DNA from: Candidatus Heimdallarchaeota archaeon
Lineage (GTDB): Archaea > Asgardarchaeota > Heimdallarchaeia > Hodarchaeales > Hodarchaeaceae
Assembly (NCBI GenBank): GCA_019057635.1
Contig: DXJL01000066.1
Coordinates: 7,541 to 71,540 of the forward strand
DNA length: 64,000 nt
Direction: 5' to 3'
Shown: piece after piece, positions 59,549 through 64,000 of the stretch
Numbering within the stretch: the first letter of the stretch is position 1
How the letters are laid out: each line of letters opens with the position of its first letter
Position numbers and translations under genes: made by a program
The notes under the pieces: model-generated
Database searches by the model: none
Told to the model about the DNA's origin: nothing
What the model saw: only the letters and a program-made list of their open reading frames with translations

Positions 59549-60547
59549 ATGAAGTATAAGTGCCTAGAGTGCAATGGAAATTTAATACAAACAGATTCTG
59601 ACATTGTATGCGTAAATTGTGGATTAATTGACAAGCAAATTTATGAAAAACCGTCTATTCAACTAATAAGTTCCGAAGGTAGCTATGGAAGTCAGTATGC
59701 CTCAATAAGCGAACATCCTAGCAGAATGAAAACCCTAGGAACATTTATTGGATCTTTTCAAAAGAAAAATTTTGTGGACTCCTCTGGTACTCAATTGGCG
59801 CTTGCAAAAAAACTTCAATATCGTAGATTAAAGTCAATAAATGACATCTACTTACATTTCAATGGCCGTCAGCGAGAATATAGAGGATTCAGTTTATTAT
59901 CCCGAGTTTGTAGCAGTCTTGAATTAACCAACGCTACAAAAGCAGATACCTTATTTCTATTCCAAAAAGTTCACCTCCAGTTAAAAAAGAAAATGAAGCT
60001 ATCTTGCCTGATAATGGGAGCGTTATATTTAGCGGTACGAACAAGAAAAGAGAATATTGAGTTAAATCGACTAGTAAAAGCAGTACAAATCAACGGGTAC
60101 TCATTAGCAGGTAAAGACATTATTAGATCAGCATCTTTAATACGACAATATGCTAAGATTAGAGTCAGACATGTGAAGTCTGAAGAATACCTTGATACGA
60201 TAATAGGAAGAATTCAGAAAGACTATCTTCTTAGAAGTGCTATACAAAAAAGGACCAGTAATCGTGAGGAATTTTTTCAGTATCTAAAAGTTGTGGCAAA
60301 ACAATTGCTGAATCGTTTCCCGTTAACAAAGCGAGGTGGACGGAATCCATTTATATTGGCTGCTGCAATGATAAATGCAGCAGATGTTCTATTAGCAAGG
60401 CATAAAGTCTTTCCTGAGTGCTATTTAAGGCAAAGTAGACGTGGTGTACTGACCCAAAAGAAATTATCAGAAATCTTAGAAATTGCTGAATTTACCCTGA
60501 GAGAACATTATTTATTATTGGCAAAACCATTAGTCCGGTTATACTAG
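59549..60547 (+). CDS. tfb: TFIIB-family transcription factor (divergent TFB paralogue)
   Basis: Zn ribbon CLECNG...CVNCG and two cyclin-like repeats (GRNPFILAAAMINAA). Start taken at ATG 59549. Confidence 0.75.
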   Translation: MKYKCLECNGNLIQTDSDIVCVNCGLIDKQIYEKPSIQLISSEGSYGSQYASISEHPSRMKTLGTFIGSFQKKNFVDSSGTQLALAKKLQYRRLKSINDIYLHFNGRQREYRGFSLLSRVCSSLELTNATKADTLFLFQKVHLQLKKKMKLSCLIMGALYLAVRTRKENIELNRLVKAVQINGYSLAGKDIIRSASLIRQYAKIRVRHVKSEEYLDTIIGRIQKDYLLRSAIQKRTSNREEFFQYLKVVAKQLLNRFPLTKRGGRNPFILAAAMINAADVLLARHKVFPECYLRQSRRGVLTQKKLSEILEIAEFTLREHYLLLAKPLVRLY

Positions 60548-61484
60548 TCGAAAAAAGCTCCGTATTCAATCAGTCTATCTGAAAATTTCCATCTAGGAAT
60601 AAAAGAAAAGAGGTGGAAAAGAGAGTTACTCATGATTAGGAAAGTTTTTTCAATTAAAATCCTGGTGGGTGATCTTGCGGGGGGTTCATCTTACATAACC
60701 TCATCCCCCAAACTTGCCCCATCTTTATAGAATCCCAAAAAAATCTGAAGTCAGACTTCTCTACCAGTTTCTGTGAAAAAATACTCAAGAGTACAAGAAA
60801 CAAATTGTAAAAGTATTACTTGAATATTTTCCGTCTTTGGTAAATATGGAGGCCATCTTTACTCGGAAGACTATGAAAAATGAGCCGAATGATGTTTTAT
60901 CAAAGATTAGAGTACGAATTTTCGATTTTTAGAGATGTAATATGTTCGTAAAATAGATTTCAATTATCTTCATGACTAAATTTGTCAGCCAACGCAGGAA
61001 AACCGCGTTCTGGACAGGATGAGTCACACATCCGCTATCTCGAAAAAAACCAATTCACCTGGCGAATTCGTATTCGAGGGACTTCTTGTTACAATGGGGT
61101 TAGTATTCTCTCTTGATTCCACGAATTTCTGAAACAACTGGTCTTACCTCCCCCGTCTTTGACAGGTAACTCGTTTAATGTAGTTACGAGGGATGTATTC
61201 CAGAAACACTTAGTTATCTTTATTCATCACCTCTAATTCTTAAGGATTCAAGGGGAAGAGTCTTTTTAAAGCTTTCAGAGAGAGAGTGAGGTGAAAATGA
61301 GAGTATATATTTGTCGGACAAATTTGATCATATTTTAGTACAAATATTTGCTAGCAAACTAATGCAAAATGAGATAAACAGTTTTTTGTTTCGCTATTTC
61401 TTAGGATTAAAACCAATTTTAAAGATATTTTGTGTTTAATTAATCCTATACAAAAGTAAATAAATAATATTCTGGTGAATAATA

Positions 61485-63014
61485 ATGGCAGATCTCGAAA
61501 GAATGAATTTAGTGGTCACAGGACACGTTGATCACGGAAAATCTACCGGTCTTGGCCACATGTTGTTCTTACTAGGTCAGATACATGATCCTAAAAAGAA
61601 ACGACAACCTTGGCGAATTGCTGAAAAATACTATAAAGAAAGCAAAGCTACAGGTATGGGTAGCTGGTCGTACGCCTGGATTTTGGATCCTCTGATGGAT
61701 GAAAGAGAACGAGGTCTCACAATCAACATATCTTTCCAAGAATTTAAGACCAAGAAATTCATCTATAACTTAATCGATGCTCCAGGCCATAGTGATTTTA
61801 TAAAAAATATGATTACCGGCGCTTCTCAAGCAGATGCCGCTATTTTAGTTGTATCTGCAAGAAAAGGAGAATTCGAAGATGGAACCAAAGTTGCTGGAAC
61901 CGCTTCTGGAAAATATGCTAATGTTATAGGAATGACAACAGAGCATATGCTTCTCCTTACTTCACTTGGAGTTACAAATATTGTTGTAGCTATCAATAAA
62001 ATGGACGTTGTTGACTGGGGTAAGGAACGATATGAGCAAATCAAAACGGCAATTCATACTATCTTTACTCAATTAATGTCCGTATTACAAATAGAGAACA
62101 AAGAGGCCCGTTTAGAAGCAATTAAATATGTTCCCACTAGTGGATTAGTAGGTGTGAATCTTCTCTCTAAAGAAAATTCAGTGAAAAACTTAGAAGGACA
62201 TATATCTGCAGCAAAAGCTGGAAATGCGGATCCCGAATTCATTGAATCGTTAGTGAAAGAGATCGAGGACATAAAAGCAGGTTTTGAAGGTTTATCATGG
62301 TATGATGGACCATCCCTCGTTGATTCGCTTGATACTTTGGAATCACCAGGCGTTCGTAAAGACGCGTTGGCAAAACAAGCAATCCGATTACCAATTCAAC
62401 AAACACTCAATATCAGTGGCGTAGGGACAGTCCTAACTGGAAGACTTTCTACTGGAGTACTAAAACCGAATTCAGAGATGGTAATTTCCCCCACAAAACA
62501 GGATATTGCACCAGTACCAATTACTGTGAAGTCAATTCAAGAATTTCACAAAGATATTCCGCAAGCAATGCCAGGAGATAATATTGGTTTCAACATTAAA
62601 ACTAAAAATATAGGTGTGAAAGATATTATACGCGGTGCTGTCATGAGTGATCCGGCGGATCCAGCAGAAGCTTTAAAACCAAATGTGGACGGATTTTTAT
62701 CATTGGTACTCGTGGTCAGAGGACTAGGTAAAAAAGCTAAGAAGAAAGAGGAAGCCTGGGGAATTCATGAAAACTACTCTCCTGTGGTTCACTGTGGAAC
62801 TGCACAAGTTGCATGCCGTGTGACTGCGGTTCAAGAACAGGATAATCTGGGTCAAGGTGAGAGAGGTATGGTTTGGATGACTCCTTTAACACCTTTAGTG
62901 GTGGAGCCAATCACCAAAACTCCAGCTCTTGGACGATTTGCACTGCGTGATTCAGGAAAAACAGTTGCTGTTGGAGTAGTCCAAAAAGTCGAAAGAAATA
63001 AATACGCCTCCTAA
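61485..63014 (+). CDS. EF-1alpha/EF-Tu-family translational GTPase, 509 aa with insertions
   Basis: G1 GHVDHGKST, G3 DAPGH, NMITGASQADAAILVV, GEFEDG, G4 NKMD. Domain II GDNIGFN; domain III LGRFALRDSGKTVAVGVV. Confidence 0.9.
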   Translation: MADLERMNLVVTGHVDHGKSTGLGHMLFLLGQIHDPKKKRQPWRIAEKYYKESKATGMGSWSYAWILDPLMDERERGLTINISFQEFKTKKFIYNLIDAPGHSDFIKNMITGASQADAAILVVSARKGEFEDGTKVAGTASGKYANVIGMTTEHMLLLTSLGVTNIVVAINKMDVVDWGKERYEQIKTAIHTIFTQLMSVLQIENKEARLEAIKYVPTSGLVGVNLLSKENSVKNLEGHISAAKAGNADPEFIESLVKEIEDIKAGFEGLSWYDGPSLVDSLDTLESPGVRKDALAKQAIRLPIQQTLNISGVGTVLTGRLSTGVLKPNSEMVISPTKQDIAPVPITVKSIQEFHKDIPQAMPGDNIGFNIKTKNIGVKDIIRGAVMSDPADPAEALKPNVDGFLSLVLVVRGLGKKAKKKEEAWGIHENYSPVVHCGTAQVACRVTAVQEQDNLGQGERGMVWMTPLTPLVVEPITKTPALGRFALRDSGKTVAVGVVQKVERNKYAS

Positions 63015-63081
63015 ACTTTTTCTTTTTCAATTTCCTTTTCTTTTTTATTACTATTCAGCCTAATTTCAGGCAGTGATATTT

Positions 63082-64000
63082 ATGGTTAATTCTAAGCCAA
63101 CTATATCTTTAATATGGATTGGCCATGTGGATCATGGCAAATCTACTACATTAGGTCATCTTTTATCTCAGATCGGCGCTATTGATGTTCGTACGATAGA
63201 AAAGTTAGAGGAGGAGGCTATTGAACATCAAATGGAATCATGGAAGTGGGCTTACATACTTGATACGCTACCTGAGGAAAAGCAACGGGGTATTACATCT
63301 GATATTGCCTTCTATCCTTTTGAAACAGAGCAAAGAAACTTTATGCTAATTGATTCACCTGGTCATCGGGACTTTGTAAAGAATATGATACGAGGAGCTT
63401 CTCAAGCTGACGCCTGTGTTTTGGTAATTAGTGCTGTCCCCAATGATTTGAAATCAGGATTGAAAGTAGGAGGTTACCAAGATCCTGGAGGTCAAACAAG
63501 AGAACATGCTATTCTAGCCTCTGTATTGGGAATCAATCAAGTTATCATTGCTATCAATAAAATGGATCAAGTTGAGTATAGACAAGATCGGTATCACGAG
63601 GCTGTTGATAAAATAAAACAACTCTTTCGGGAGATCCAATCTCCTTGGACCCAACAAATTGAAAGTATTCCATTTATTCCCATTAGCGGATTAGCTGGGG
63701 AGAATTTATCAGAACACTCCAGTCAAATGGAGTGGTATGACGGTTATACATTATTAGAAGCTTTAAATTCGTTGAAAGGAGTAAAGTATGAGAAAAATAT
63801 GGAAATGCGATTTGTTGGTTACGATATTATTGAGAGACATGGATTTGGGACATTTCTCCTAGGAAAAGCACTCAGTCAAAAACTTAGATCGGGTGAAAAA
63901 GTTAAAATTCTCCCCCAAGGGATAGAATCAGAAATTAAAGAATTATGGGTGGAGGATGAAAAACAAGAAGCCATAAATCCAGGAGAACATGGATCAGTAT
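63082..64000 (+). CDS. Second EF-1alpha-family GTPase paralogue (3' end cut by window edge; not in the ORF track)
   Basis: Hand translation gives MVNSKPTISLIWIGHVDHGKSTTLGHLL...DSPGHRDFVKNMIRGASQADACVLVISA...GGQTREHAILA...AINKMD... The frame stays open to nt 64000. Confidence 0.88.
   Translation, partial: MVNSKPTISLIWIGHVDHGKSTTLGHLLSQIGAIDVRTIEKLEEEAIEHQMESWKWAYILDTLPEEKQRGITSDIAFYPFETEQRNFMLIDSPGHRDFVKNMIRGASQADACVLVISAVPNDLKSGLKVGGYQDPGGQTREHAILASVLGINQVIIAINKMDQVEYRQDRYHEAVDKIKQLFREIQSPWTQQIESIPFIPISGLAGENLSEHSSQMEWYDGYTLLEALNSLKGVKYEKNMEMRFVGYDIIERHGFGTFLLGKALSQKLRSGEKVKILPQGIESEIKELWVEDEKQEAINPGEHGSV

Noticed and set aside
60548-61484. Possibility that the long spacer encodes RNase P RNA or SRP (7S) RNA
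   Set aside because: On neither strand could I find the conserved RNase P P4/CR-I type GGAAAGTCC element or the SRP helix-8 GGAAGG-AGCA type motif. It is kept only as an unassigned structured-RNA candidate.

Overview
AT-rich (roughly one-third G+C by eye) archaeal chromosome segment with about 70 genes and no rRNA, CRISPR array, IS element or prophage that I could see. Most of it is information-processing core: RNAP subunits B (partial), A', A'', D and H/Rpb5; Spt5, NusA, a TFB-like and a TFS-like factor; 13 ribosomal proteins, including an eL39 gene missing from the ORF track; SecE, SecY, FtsY, prefoldin alpha, aIF6; and RNA modification or ribosome biogenesis enzymes (TruD, TiaS, KsgA, METTL5-like, Trm112, Rio1, Dim2-like KH, Csl4). 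Several eukaryote-signature proteins occur together: a Rab/Ras-like small GTPase, Roadblock/LC7, a ribophorin I/Ost1-like protein, and a full-length Rpb5-like RpoH. With the base composition, this points to an Asgard (Lokiarchaeia-like) genome; that is an inference, not a search result. The best leads are: (1) a gap-free five-gene operon of small GTPase, KaiC-like ATPase, Roadblock, FIST and MFS; (2) two tandem divergent EF-1alpha-family GTPases; (3) a 180-aa Rpb5-like subunit with a eukaryote-type N-terminal domain; (4) a ribophorin I homologue divergently paired with an isolated SecY, followed by a 2x[4Fe-4S] ferredoxin ORF whose ATGA-coupled ATG is followed by an in-frame TAG at codon 3; (5) a type IV filament-like locus with a 1174-aa sequon-rich protein carrying a class III-like signal peptide; (6) two tRNA genes with two introns each; (7) an agmatine/polyamine operon linking TiaS, deoxyhypusine synthase, a PLP decarboxylase and agmatinase. 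All calls come from reading motifs and synteny by eye. Start codons are approximate, and family assignments for non-core proteins need HMM or structure confirmation.
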